Origin: Actinomycetota bacterium
GTDB lineage: Bacteria; Actinomycetota; UBA4738; HRBIN12
Assembly (NCBI GenBank): GCA_046094825.1
Contig: JBJTIF010000006.1
Location: forward strand, 1-60,074
Length of the DNA: 60,074 nucleotides
Direction of reading: 5' to 3'
Numbering within the stretch: position 1 is the stretch's first letter; the number at the start of each line of letters is the position of its first letter. Below, piece after piece: positions 43,051-51,760 of the stretch. The notes beneath the pieces are model-generated. The model was not told where the DNA came from. It did not search any database and saw only the letters and a list, made by a program, of their open reading frames with translations. A program made the translations under genes and the position numbers.

Positions 43051-43565
43051 CGGAACGGCTCCTCCGTCCGCACCTTCTCGTGGAGCCGGAGGATCCCGTA
43101 CATGAGCATCTCGGGACGCGGCGGACAGCCGGGCACGTAGATGTCGACGGGCACGACCGTGTCGACGCCCTGGACGAGCGCGTAGTTCGTGAACATGCCG
43201 CCCGAGGAGGCGCAGACCCCCATCGAGATGACCCACTTCGGTTCGGGCATCTGGTCGTAGATCGTCCGCAGGACGGGGGCCATCTTCTGCGAGAGGCGCC
43301 CGGCGACGATCATGAGGTCGGACTGCCGCGGGGAGGCGCGGAAGAGCTCCATCCCCCAGCGCGAGAGGTCGTACGTGCCGGCGCCGGTCGACATCATCTC
43401 GATCGCGCAGCAGGCGAGTCCGAAGGTGACCGGCCACATCGACTGCTTCCGCGCCCAGCCGACCGCGCGGTCGAGCGAGGTGAGGAGGACCCCGCGTCGG
43501 ACCTCCTCCTCGATCTCCGCGTCCGTCTGACCGGTGCGGAACCCCTCGATGCGTTCAACGGGCAC
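43047..43565 (-). CDS. nuoB: NADH-quinone oxidoreductase subunit B, operon 1
   Basis: 172 aa with [16 protein letters not shown] and VPGCPPRPE. Confidence 0.9.
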   Translation of the reverse strand: MPVERIEGFRTGQTDAEIEEEVRRGVLLTSLDRAVGWARKQSMWPVTFGLACCAIEMMSTGAGTYDLSRWGMELFRASPRQSDLMIVAGRLSQKMAPVLRTIYDQMPEPKWVISMGVCASSGGMFTNYALVQGVDTVVPVDIYVPGCPPRPEMLMYGILRLHEKVRTEEPFR

Positions 43566-43983
43566 GGGCGACCTCCGGTGCGGCGACGGGCGCGTCCGCG
43601 CGGCTCGTCGCGCGGACGCGGGGGCGCTCCCAGTCGAGCCCGCCCGCGCGCCAGATGTACACGTACGCGACGAACACGAGCCCGAGGAAGACGAACATCT
43701 CGACGAGACCGAAGAGCCCGAGCGACCGGAACCCGATCGCCCACGGGTAGAGGAAGATCGTCTCGATGTCGAAGATGATGAACAGCATCGCGACGACGTA
43801 GAACTTCACGCTGAACCGCTCCCCCTTCGGGAGCCGTTCCGGCTCGATGCCGCACTCGTACGGCGCGGCCTTCCGCGGGTTCGGACGGTGCGGGCGCAGG
43901 AGCGACGACGCGACGAGCGAGAGCGCCGCGAAGAGGAACGCGAGGATGCCGAGGAGCAGGATCGGCAGGTACTCGGACAGCAC
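43555..43983 (-). CDS. nuoA: NADH-quinone oxidoreductase subunit A, operon 1
   Basis: 142 aa from a GTG start with GGAGG 6 nt upstream. Motifs are YECGIEP and [12 protein letters not shown]. Confidence 0.9.
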   Translation of the reverse strand: MLSEYLPILLLGILAFLFAALSLVASSLLRPHRPNPRKAAPYECGIEPERLPKGERFSVKFYVVAMLFIIFDIETIFLYPWAIGFRSLGLFGLVEMFVFLGLVFVAYVYIWRAGGLDWERPRVRATSRADAPVAAPEVARAR

Positions 43984-44001
43984 CTCAGGCCTCCGTCGTC
44001 G

Positions 44002-45246
44002 TCATCGGGCCGGTGCCAGTCGCTCGAGGGCGTAGAGGAGCTTGTCCTCGAAGTCACCCTTCGGACCGTCGGTGAGGTTGCCCATCGTGCGGAGCGCGAA
44101 GCGCATGAGCCACCGGCGCGGGAGGCCGTAGTCCGTGAGGGTCCGCATGACCGTGGGGTTGCCGATGAGCCGGACGAAGACCCGCCCGAGCGTGAAGTAG
44201 CGGCCGTACGTCTCCCGCAGGCGCGTCGGGTACGCGTGCGCGAGCGCCGGGCGGTCCTTCGCGACCGCCTCGTGGAGGAGCTCGGCGGCGATCTCGCCCG
44301 TCTCGATCGCGTACGCGATGCCCTCGCCGTTCCACGGGTTCACGACGCCCGCGGCGTCCCCGACGAGCAGGAGCCCCGGGAGGGCGGCCGGGACGCGGTT
44401 CATCCCCATCGGGAGCGGACCGGAGAGCGTCCGTCCCGTCGCCGTGTCCTCCGAGAAGCCCCACTCCGCGGGCAGCATCGCCGCGAACGCGTCGAGGATG
44501 CGCTGCGCGGAGAGCGACTTGAAGTTCGCGAACGTGTTCAGGATGCCGGCACCGAGGTTCATCGTCCCGTCGGCGAGCGGGAAGAGCCAGCCGTAGCCCG
44601 GCATGAGCTGGTCGCCGTCCCACAGGTCGAGCCACGACTCGAACCAGGGCCCGGGGTGCCGTTCGACGCGGTAGTAACGACGCGCGGCGATGCCGAGCGG
44701 TCGCGAGTCGTCGCGGCGGACCCCCAGCGGTGGCGCGAACCGCGACGCCGCGCCGCCCGCCGCGACGACGAACCGCGCACGGACGGTCTCCTCCGTGCCG
44801 CCGTCGGTCCGGATCCGCGCGCCGGTGACCCACCCGTTCGCGTCGACGACGGCGCCGACGGCCTCCGTGCGCTCACGGAGCGTCGCGCCGGCCTTCTCCG
44901 CGCGGCGCGCGAGGCGTTCGTCGAGTTCGTTGCGGCTCATGACGAGGCCGAAGGGCGGGAAGTCGTGGAGGTCGGGCCACGCGAGTTCGAGCGTCGTGCG
45001 GCGCGAGTAGATCCGCAGGCCGAGGCTGCGCTCGAACGCCGGGTCCTCGACGTCGACCCCCATGCGCTGGATCGCCGCGACCCCGCGCGGGGTGAGGCCG
45101 TCGCCGCAGACCTTCTCGCGGGGGAACGCCGCCTTCTCCACGAGGAGCACGTCGAGCCCGTGGCGGGCGAGGTGGTACGCGGTCGAGGAGCCGCCGGGAC
45201 CTGCGCCGACGACGAGGACGTCGACCTCGTGGACCCCACCAGCCAT
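44002..45246 (-). CDS. Geranylgeranyl-reductase-family FAD oxidoreductase (MenJ-like isoprenoid/quinone tail reductase)
   Basis: 414 aa with the FAD fold VLVVGAGPGGSSTAYHLA and a KVCGDGLTPRG motif. It ends 18 nt upstream of nuoA, so it is probably the first gene of the nuo transcription unit. Confidence 0.8.
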   Translation of the reverse strand: MAGGVHEVDVLVVGAGPGGSSTAYHLARHGLDVLLVEKAAFPREKVCGDGLTPRGVAAIQRMGVDVEDPAFERSLGLRIYSRRTTLELAWPDLHDFPPFGLVMSRNELDERLARRAEKAGATLRERTEAVGAVVDANGWVTGARIRTDGGTEETVRARFVVAAGGAASRFAPPLGVRRDDSRPLGIAARRYYRVERHPGPWFESWLDLWDGDQLMPGYGWLFPLADGTMNLGAGILNTFANFKSLSAQRILDAFAAMLPAEWGFSEDTATGRTLSGPLPMGMNRVPAALPGLLLVGDAAGVVNPWNGEGIAYAIETGEIAAELLHEAVAKDRPALAHAYPTRLRETYGRYFTLGRVFVRLIGNPTVMRTLTDYGLPRRWLMRFALRTMGNLTDGPKGDFEDKLLYALERLAPAR

Positions 45247-45264
45247 GCCGTCGCTCCTCCCGTG

Positions 45265-45284
45265 CTTGTGAAGGATTTCACAAG
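45265..45284. promoter_or_regulatory. Rex (redox-sensing repressor) operator, perfect palindrome
   Basis: CTTGTGAAGGATTTCACAAG is an 8-4-8 inverted repeat. The inner 18 nt equals the Rex operator consensus TTGTGAA-N4-TTCACAA. It starts 19 nt upstream of the ATG (45246) of the GGR-nuoA-N unit. Confidence 0.75.
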
Positions 45285-45324
45285 GATGCTACCGAGCGCC
45301 CCCGAGGACGTCCGGTGGCAGAGC

Positions 45325-45783
45325 CTAGTCCCCGGCTCCACGCAGGGGCAAGGCGGGGCCTGCGTGGTCCCACGCCCGGACCTCGCCGACCTCGACGCGG
45401 AGGAACCCCAGGCGCTCGACCGCCCCCGTGAGCCGCTCGAACCCCTCCCCGAGCAGGAGGTTCCGGTACTTCTCGTGCCAGGCCGAGATCGGTCCTCGCA
45501 TCCGGGCGTCCTCGGCGCGCAGGAGTTCGGCGGCGCCCCGGAGGGAGAACCCGGCGAGATCCCCCCAGGCGGTCCCGACGTCCCCCGCGATCGCGACGCG
45601 CGGGTCGGCCTCGGCGTTCGCCCACGTCCGTGCGTCCCGATCGCACGCGACCCAGAGCCCGTCCTCGCGCCAGACGAACCACCGCGGCACGACGTGCGGC
45701 GCTCCGTCGGCGTCGCGGGTCGCGACCCAGACCTCGGGGATCGGAGCGAACCGGCGGCGGAGGTCCTCGACCGTCGGGCTCAC
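45325..45783 (-). CDS. Pyridoxamine 5'-phosphate oxidase-like (FMN/F420-binding split-barrel) family protein
   Basis: GTG at 45783 (GTGA overlap with the upstream stop). 152 aa with EVWVATRDADGAPHVVPRWFVW typical of the PNPOx-like fold. Confidence 0.65.
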   Translation of the reverse strand: MSPTVEDLRRRFAPIPEVWVATRDADGAPHVVPRWFVWREDGLWVACDRDARTWANAEADPRVAIAGDVGTAWGDLAGFSLRGAAELLRAEDARMRGPISAWHEKYRNLLLGEGFERLTGAVERLGFLRVEVGEVRAWDHAGPALPLRGAGD

Positions 45784-46640
45784 GCGGCGGCCTCCCCCAT
45801 CGCGAGCGAGCGCGCGAGGGCGCGGAGGTCCGCGGCCGCGGAGGGATCGACCGCGTCGTCGAGCGCCTCGCAGGCGAGGTCGATCCGGGCATCGACGTCC
45901 GCGGGGCCGACGCCCGGCGCCGCGTCGCCGTCGTGGAGGTCGTCGCGGAGCTGGAAGGCCTCGCCGAGGCTCCGCCCGTACGCGGCGAGCGCGGCGTGGA
46001 CCGGCCCGCTCCCGTCGGCGAGCGCGGCACCGATGCCGAGCGGCCCCTCGACGGTGTAGGCCGCCGACTTCAGCCGGGCGACCCGCAGCGATGCCGCGAG
46101 GTCGGCGGGTGGCGACGCCGTCGCATCGAGGAACTGTCCGGCCGCGAGCGCCATCACCATCGCGTCCCACCGAGCGAACGCGTGGGCGAGCCGATCGGCC
46201 GGAGCCGGCGCGCTCCGCAGGAGCGCGCCGGCGAGCTCGGCGCCGAGATCGCCGACGAGGATCGCCGCCGCGCGCCCGCGGTCACCGCCGCCGAACGCGG
46301 CGACGGTCGTCGGCGCGCCGCGGCGCGTCGTCGCGCCGTCGATGACGTCGTCGTGGACGAGCGCGAACGTGTGGAAGAGCTCGAGCGCCGCGGCGGCGGG
46401 CCAGACGGTCGGATCGTCACCCGACCCCCCCGCGGCGCGGTACCCGAGGACGCAGAACGCCGGGCGCAACCGCTTCCCACCCGCCAGGACGAGGCGGAGG
46501 AGTTCGTCCACGAGGACGCCCGCATCCGGATCGAGGGCCGCGATCGCCCCCCGCCGCTCCTCGAGGAATCCACCGAGCACCGCGTCGGTCCGCTCCCGGA
46601 CCTGCGCGAGGACGCGCTCCGCGACCGCACCGTGGGTCAT
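45780..46640 (-). CDS. Polyprenyl synthetase family protein (second copy, short)
   Basis: 286 aa with GGKRLRPAF, FARM LVHDDVID and SARM QLRDDLHD. Confidence 0.8.
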   Translation of the reverse strand: MTHGAVAERVLAQVRERTDAVLGGFLEERRGAIAALDPDAGVLVDELLRLVLAGGKRLRPAFCVLGYRAAGGSGDDPTVWPAAAALELFHTFALVHDDVIDGATTRRGAPTTVAAFGGGDRGRAAAILVGDLGAELAGALLRSAPAPADRLAHAFARWDAMVMALAAGQFLDATASPPADLAASLRVARLKSAAYTVEGPLGIGAALADGSGPVHAALAAYGRSLGEAFQLRDDLHDGDAAPGVGPADVDARIDLACEALDDAVDPSAAADLRALARSLAMGEAAA

Positions 46641-46706
46641 CGTCGGAGTATCGCAGCGGCCCGTCCGGGGCGGGTGCGCACCGCGACGTCGGTATCATCG
46701 GGGGCG

Positions 46707-48527
46707 ATGCGAGCCCTCCGCTCCCCGCGCGCCTTCGCGCGACTCGCGCTCACCACCGCGGGCCTCACCGTCGCGCTCTTCGCGGTCGGCGGACTCGTCC
46801 GGGGCACCGGGTCGGGGCTCGGGTGCTCCACGTGGCCGAAGTGCGAGCCGGACAGCTGGCTCCCGTCCCCGACGATCGAATCGTTCATCGAGTACGGGCA
46901 CCGGAGCGTCGCGGCGCTCGTGGGCCTCCTCATCGTGACGCAGGCGTGGGCCGCGTGGCGGTACCACCGCGGGGAGCGCATCCTCTTCCGCGCGGCGGTC
47001 GCCGCGCTGCCCCTCGTCCTCCTCCAGGGGTCGCTCGGCGGCGTCGTCGTCCACACCGAACTGAGCCCCTGGTGGCTCACCGGGCACTTCGCGGTCGGCA
47101 TGACCCTCCTCGCGACAGTCGTCGTCGGCGCCGTCGCATCGCGCCGGGCCGCCCGCGGGCGCGACGACGGACCTGCGCCGGCGGGCTTCGCGCGCCTCGC
47201 GCGCTGGAGCGCCGCCTCGGTGCTGCTTCTGCTGCTCGTCGGCACCTACGTCCGCGCGACGCGGTCGGGACTCGCCTTCCGCGACTGGCCGCTCATGGAT
47301 GGCCGCATCGTGCCCGCCCTCGGGGGACCGGGCGACGCGATGTTCCTCCACCGCGTCGTCGCGCTCGTCGCCTTCCTCCTCGTGCTCTGGACGTTCGTCC
47401 GCGCCATGGTCGCTCCGCGCGTGCCCGTCCTCGCCCGGCTCGCGGGCGCGGCGCTCGCGATCATGGTCGCGCAGGTGCTCGTCGGTGCCGCGCAGATCTG
47501 GACCCTCCTCAGCCCCTGGACCGTGACGCTCCACGTCGCGATGGCCGCCGCGATGTGGGCGGTCGCCGTCGCGCTCGCCGTCGTCGCCGCGGACATGCCC
47601 GCGACCGCGCCCGCCGTGGGCGACCCGGGTCGCCGGACGACGGCCTCCGCCGCGGACCGCATCACCGCCTACGTCCGACTCACGAAGCCGCGCATCATCG
47701 TGCTCCTGCTCATCACGACGGTCCCCGCGATGCTCCTCGCCGAGGGCGGCTTCCCGTCGATCTGGCTCATCCTCGCGACGCTCATCGGCGGCGCGATCGC
47801 GGCCGGAGCGGCGAACGCCGTGAACTGCTACCTCGACCGCGACATCGACGAGGTCATGCGCCGCACCCGCGGTCGCCCGCTCCCCTCGCACGAGCTCCCG
47901 CCCGAGCGCGCGCTCGCGTTCGGATACGTCCTCGCCGCCGTGTCGTTCGTCTTCCTCTCCGTGACCGTGAACGTCCTGTCGGCGGCGCTCGCGCTCTCCG
48001 CGATCGCCTACTACGTCTTCGTCTACACCCTCTGGCTGAAGCGATCGACGGTCCAGAACATCGTGATCGGCGGCGCGGCCGGGGCGATCCCCGCGCTCGT
48101 CGGCTGGGCGGCGGTCCGCGGCGAGGTCGGGCTCCCCGCCTGGATCCTCTTCGCGGTCGTGTTCCTGTGGACCCCGCCCCACTTCTGGGCGCTCGCGATG
48201 CGCTTCTCCGGCGACTACGCGGACGCCGGCGTGCCGATGCTGCCCGTCGTCCGCGGCCCGGAGGCGACCCGGCGGCAGATCGTCGTCTACACGCTCCTCA
48301 CGGTCGCCACGTCGCTGTTCCTGTGGCCGGTCGCGGGGACCGGGCTCCTCTACGTCGTCCCGGCGGTCGTCCTCGGTGGGATGTTCCTGCGCCACGCGAT
48401 CACGCTCTGGCGCGAGGGCGAGGGCGGCGACCCGATGCGCCTCTTCCGCTTCTCCCTCGTGTACCTCGCCGCGCTCTTCGCGGCCGTCGCGCTCGACAGC
48501 GTCGTCGCCGTCGGTCGCCTCGCCTGA
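46707..48527 (+). CDS. ctaA-ctaB: Fused heme A synthase (CtaA/COX15) - heme O synthase (CtaB/COX10, protoheme IX farnesyltransferase)
   Basis: ATG at 46707 in ORF 45630..48527, giving one uninterrupted 606-aa frame. The N-terminal half has the CtaA Cys loop GCSTWPKCEP and His-bearing TMs (EYGHR, LTGHF, FLHR, TLHV). The C-terminal half has UbiA motifs NCYLDRDIDEVMRRTRGRPLP and WTPPHFWALA. Confidence 0.85.
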   Translation: MRALRSPRAFARLALTTAGLTVALFAVGGLVRGTGSGLGCSTWPKCEPDSWLPSPTIESFIEYGHRSVAALVGLLIVTQAWAAWRYHRGERILFRAAVAALPLVLLQGSLGGVVVHTELSPWWLTGHFAVGMTLLATVVVGAVASRRAARGRDDGPAPAGFARLARWSAASVLLLLLVGTYVRATRSGLAFRDWPLMDGRIVPALGGPGDAMFLHRVVALVAFLLVLWTFVRAMVAPRVPVLARLAGAALAIMVAQVLVGAAQIWTLLSPWTVTLHVAMAAAMWAVAVALAVVAADMPATAPAVGDPGRRTTASAADRITAYVRLTKPRIIVLLLITTVPAMLLAEGGFPSIWLILATLIGGAIAAGAANAVNCYLDRDIDEVMRRTRGRPLPSHELPPERALAFGYVLAAVSFVFLSVTVNVLSAALALSAIAYYVFVYTLWLKRSTVQNIVIGGAAGAIPALVGWAAVRGEVGLPAWILFAVVFLWTPPHFWALAMRFSGDYADAGVPMLPVVRGPEATRRQIVVYTLLTVATSLFLWPVAGTGLLYVVPAVVLGGMFLRHAITLWREGEGGDPMRLFRFSLVYLAALFAAVALDSVVAVGRLA

Positions 48528-48548
48528 TCCGGAGCGCTCCCTCGGGCG

Positions 48549-49076
48549 CTACCCCGGTTCGGACGCCTGCCGGATGAGGTCCTCGAGCGTCTCGCGGTCG
48601 ATCTCGCCGATCACCCGGAAGCGGAGGTCTCCGTCCGCGTCCGACACGAACGTCGCGGGCAGGTACGGCACCGCGAACGCGAAGGCGAGCGTCCCGGAAG
48701 GATCGGACACGCTCGGGTACGCGACGGCGAACTCCTCGAGGTAGGCGGCGGCGGCCGCGGCGTCGTCGCGGTAGTTCACGCCGACGAAGGCGGCATCGCC
48801 CTGCGCCGCGACCTCGGAGAGCACGGGCTGCTCGCGACGGCACGGCCCGCACCACGTCGCCCAGAAGTTCACGACCGTCACACGGCCGGCGATCGTCGGC
48901 AGGGACCCACCGCCGACGACCTCCCCCGCGAGGTCCGGGAGCGGGCCCGACGTCGGCACCGCGTTGCCGGCGGGATCGTCGGTCACCGCTGCGCCGCAGC
49001 CGGCGAGCGCGAGGACGAGGACGAACGCCGCGGCGACGCGGAGCGGGGTCAGGCGGCTGCGGCGGGGGTCGGTCAC
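48549..49076 (-). CDS. TlpA/ResA-like thiol-disulfide oxidoreductase lipoprotein
   Basis: GTG at 49076. 175 aa with the lipobox LAGC and the thioredoxin motif FWATWCGPCRRE. Confidence 0.85.
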   Translation of the reverse strand: MTDPRRSRLTPLRVAAAFVLVLALAGCGAAVTDDPAGNAVPTSGPLPDLAGEVVGGGSLPTIAGRVTVVNFWATWCGPCRREQPVLSEVAAQGDAAFVGVNYRDDAAAAAAYLEEFAVAYPSVSDPSGTLAFAFAVPYLPATFVSDADGDLRFRVIGEIDRETLEDLIRQASEPG

Positions 49077-49078
49077 CG

Positions 49079-49981
49079 TCAGGTGACGCGGACCTCGCCC
49101 GCCATCGTCGGGTGCACGTCGCAGTGGAAGTAGTACGTGCCCGCCGGGAGCGGCGGGATCACGTACTCGGCGATCGCGGGCCCGGTCACGAGCTCGGCCT
49201 TGTAGAGCTGCTCCGAGAGGGTCTCGTCGGTGTAGACGCTGATGTTGTGCGGCACGCCCGCGTCCTGGTTGTCCATCCGCACGATCGTCGCGGTCTCCGC
49301 CGCGAGCTCGATCACGTCGGTATCGAACGCGAGCCCCATCGCGACGACCGTCGGCCCTTCGACGGCCTCCCCCGCGCCGGCCGCCGCCTCGATCGTCCCG
49401 ACCATCGTCGGGTGGACGAGGCAGTTGAAGTAGTACGTGGCTGCCGCGAGCGCCGGGACCTCGTACGTGATCTGCGCGGGACCGGTGACGAGCTCGCCCT
49501 GGAAGAGCGGCTCCCCGGAGAAGTCCTCGGCCTCGAAGATCTCGACGTTGTGCTGGATGCCGGGGTCCTGGTTGTCGAACTCGATCGCGAACGGCGCATC
49601 GGCGGGGACGCGGAGCGCATCCGTCGTGAACGCGATGTCCTTCGCCGCGAGCACGACCGTGACCGCGGGACCCTCGGGCCCCTCCTCCGCGCCCTTCGCC
49701 GCGAGCAGGAGCGCCGCACCGCCCGCGAGCATCGCGACGCCGGCGACCGCCCCGACCATCGAGGCGACGGTCGACGCGCGGACCTGCGGACGGCTGGCCG
49801 CGACCGCGGCCACGACGACGACCGCCGCGGCGACGACGAGCGCGACGAGGGTCGCGGCCGAGTGGGTCACGGACAGGAGGATCTGCGCGAACCCGACCAT
49901 GACGAGCGCGAGCACGACGAGGAGGCCGAGCGGCAGGAGGATGGGCAGCAGGAACCGATCGCGGACCGGACGGTCGCTCAC
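49079..49981 (-). CDS. Membrane-anchored protein with two tandem type-1 (blue) copper cupredoxin domains
   Basis: 300 aa with about three N-terminal TM helices, then two repeats. Each repeat has a full T1Cu ligand set: DPGIQHNV...YYFNCLVHPTM and DAGVPHNI...YYFHCDVHPTM (amicyanin-like CxxHxxM). The GTG start overlaps the ctaG stop. Confidence 0.8.
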   Translation of the reverse strand: MSDRPVRDRFLLPILLPLGLLVVLALVMVGFAQILLSVTHSAATLVALVVAAAVVVVAAVAASRPQVRASTVASMVGAVAGVAMLAGGAALLLAAKGAEEGPEGPAVTVVLAAKDIAFTTDALRVPADAPFAIEFDNQDPGIQHNVEIFEAEDFSGEPLFQGELVTGPAQITYEVPALAAATYYFNCLVHPTMVGTIEAAAGAGEAVEGPTVVAMGLAFDTDVIELAAETATIVRMDNQDAGVPHNISVYTDETLSEQLYKAELVTGPAIAEYVIPPLPAGTYYFHCDVHPTMAGEVRVT

Positions 49982-50814
49982 TCACGCACCTCCAGGTGGA
50001 GTTCCCGCTCGAGCCGCGCCATCGCGATCGCGTCCCAGCCCTCGCGCTCCTCGCGCGCGTGCCAGCGGAAGAAGATCGCGGCGATCACGACCCAGAGGAT
50101 GAGGCCTCCGATGATCTTCATCTGGAGCCCCGCGAGGAGTTGATCCTCGAGCGGGCCGATCCCCCAGATGCGGGGGAAGGTGCCGTAGACCGGGTACAGG
50201 AGCGTGTGCCCGAACGTGAGGAACGACGCCGGGATCGTCGGCGCGAGCGACTGGAGGAACAGGTAGAGCATCTGCCCGGGCGGGCTGAGCGAGGGCAGCT
50301 CCGGGAGCGGCGACATGACCGGCCACCACATCGCGAGCGCCGAGGCGACGATGAGGACGTGGAGGGCGAGGTGGATCGGCTCCGAGGCGACCGACCGGGC
50401 GACGACCTCCGGCCAGTGCGTGAAGAGGAAGACCCCGTTGAAGAACACGAGCGCGACGAGCGGCCGCGTCACGAATCGGAAGACCTGCCGGACACCGGGC
50501 CGACGGAACGCCGCCCGGAGCATCCACGGCGGGGTTCCCGAGACGAGGAGCGGGGCGGCGACGAGCGTGAAGAGCATGTGCTGCACCATGTGCATCGAGT
50601 AGAGGTAGCCCTCGGCGAGGTCGTGGACCGGCCAGTCGGCGCCGACGAAGAGCACGGCCATCCCTCCGGAGAAGAGCTTCGCGCGCCGCGCCCAGGTGGG
50701 GTCCTCGCCGGGGAAGCGGCGCGCGTGCCGCCGCACCGCGAACAGGTAGCCCGCCCAGATGCCACCGAGGAGCGCCCAGACGTCGAGGTGCACGTGCCAG
50801 GGGGGCAGGACCAT
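49978..50814 (-). CDS. ctaG: Cytochrome c oxidase assembly factor CtaG (Bacillus/caa3 type)
   Basis: 278 aa, polytopic, with YLYSMHMVQHMLFTLVAAPLL typical of the CtaG_1 family. Confidence 0.8.
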   Translation of the reverse strand: MVLPPWHVHLDVWALLGGIWAGYLFAVRRHARRFPGEDPTWARRAKLFSGGMAVLFVGADWPVHDLAEGYLYSMHMVQHMLFTLVAAPLLVSGTPPWMLRAAFRRPGVRQVFRFVTRPLVALVFFNGVFLFTHWPEVVARSVASEPIHLALHVLIVASALAMWWPVMSPLPELPSLSPPGQMLYLFLQSLAPTIPASFLTFGHTLLYPVYGTFPRIWGIGPLEDQLLAGLQMKIIGGLILWVVIAAIFFRWHAREEREGWDAIAMARLERELHLEVRE

Positions 50815-51146
50815 CAGGCGCCCCCGCCGCCGAACACCCCGAACGTGAGGAGCACGATCACGTAGAGCGTGACCGCCCCCGCGATCCCGAGCATGAGGAA
50901 CCGTGAGTACGTGCGGCTCTCGAAGCGCAGGTGCATGAACCAGAGCACGACGAGGGCGAACTTCACGATCGCGAAGAGGAACAGGAGCGGCACGAGGAAC
51001 GCCTCGAGCGCCGGCACGTAGTAGACGGCCACCTCGAGCGCCGTGACGACGGCGAGGATGAGCGCGATCCGGATGTACTCGCGCGGGCTCGGGTGGGAAT
51101 CCCGTGCCCGGCGGAGCGTCGGCGTCGCGGAGGGGGCGTCGGCCAT
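50814..51146 (-). CDS. ctaF: Cytochrome c oxidase subunit IV (prokaryotic CoxIV/CtaF)
   Basis: ATG at 51146 overlaps the ctaE stop. 110 aa with 3 TM and IVKFALVVLWFMHLRFE characteristic of the bacterial subunit IV family. Confidence 0.75.
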   Translation of the reverse strand: MADAPSATPTLRRARDSHPSPREYIRIALILAVVTALEVAVYYVPALEAFLVPLLFLFAIVKFALVVLWFMHLRFESRTYSRFLMLGIAGAVTLYVIVLLTFGVFGGGGA

Positions 51147-51751
51147 CAGGGGATCAGGTAGACGACCGTGAAGATCACGATCCACACGACGTCGACGAAG
51201 TGCCAGTAGAGGCCGACGAGCTCCACGGTCTCGGTCCCGGTGTGATCGGTGCGCAGCCCACCGGTGAACGTGAGCCCGAAGAGCGAGAGGAGCATGAGGA
51301 TGCCGATCGCGACGTGGGCACCGTGGAACCCGGTGAGGACGAAGAACGTCGTCCCGAAGAGGTTCGTCGACAGGGTGAGGCCCTCACGGACGAACGTCGC
51401 GAACTCGTAGATCTGGCCGCCGACGAACGTCACCCCGAGGAGGCCGGTCGCGAGGAGCCACACGCGGAGCTGGCCGAGGTCACGACGCTGCGCGGCGGAG
51501 AGCGCGAGGACCATCGTGAGCGAACTCGCGAGGAGGACGAACGAGCTCACCGAGGTGTACGGGATGTCGAAGACGTCCTCGGGGTACGGGCCGACCGTGC
51601 TCGCCCCGCGGTAGAGGATGTACGTCGAGATGAGCGCCCCGAACAGCAGGACGTCGGAGGCGAGGAACAGCCACATCGCGAGCTTGCGGTTCGGCAGCCC
51701 CGTCGAGGTCTGCTCGCCGTGGACCGGCGCGTCGAGCGAGGCGTCCGCCAC
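51146..51751 (-). CDS. ctaE: Cytochrome c oxidase subunit III
   Basis: 201 aa with FFVLTGFHGAHVAIGILML and YWHFVDVVWIVIF motifs. Confidence 0.9.
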   Translation of the reverse strand: MADASLDAPVHGEQTSTGLPNRKLAMWLFLASDVLLFGALISTYILYRGASTVGPYPEDVFDIPYTSVSSFVLLASSLTMVLALSAAQRRDLGQLRVWLLATGLLGVTFVGGQIYEFATFVREGLTLSTNLFGTTFFVLTGFHGAHVAIGILMLLSLFGLTFTGGLRTDHTGTETVELVGLYWHFVDVVWIVIFTVVYLIP

Positions 51752-51760
51752 GATCCCCTC

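Noticed and set aside
43534-46059. 841-aa plus-strand ORF across nuoA1, the GGR gene, the PNPOx-like gene and the polyprenyl synthase
   Set aside because: It is antisense to four supported genes and crosses the Rex-box intergenic region. Its composition is typical of a shadow ORF.
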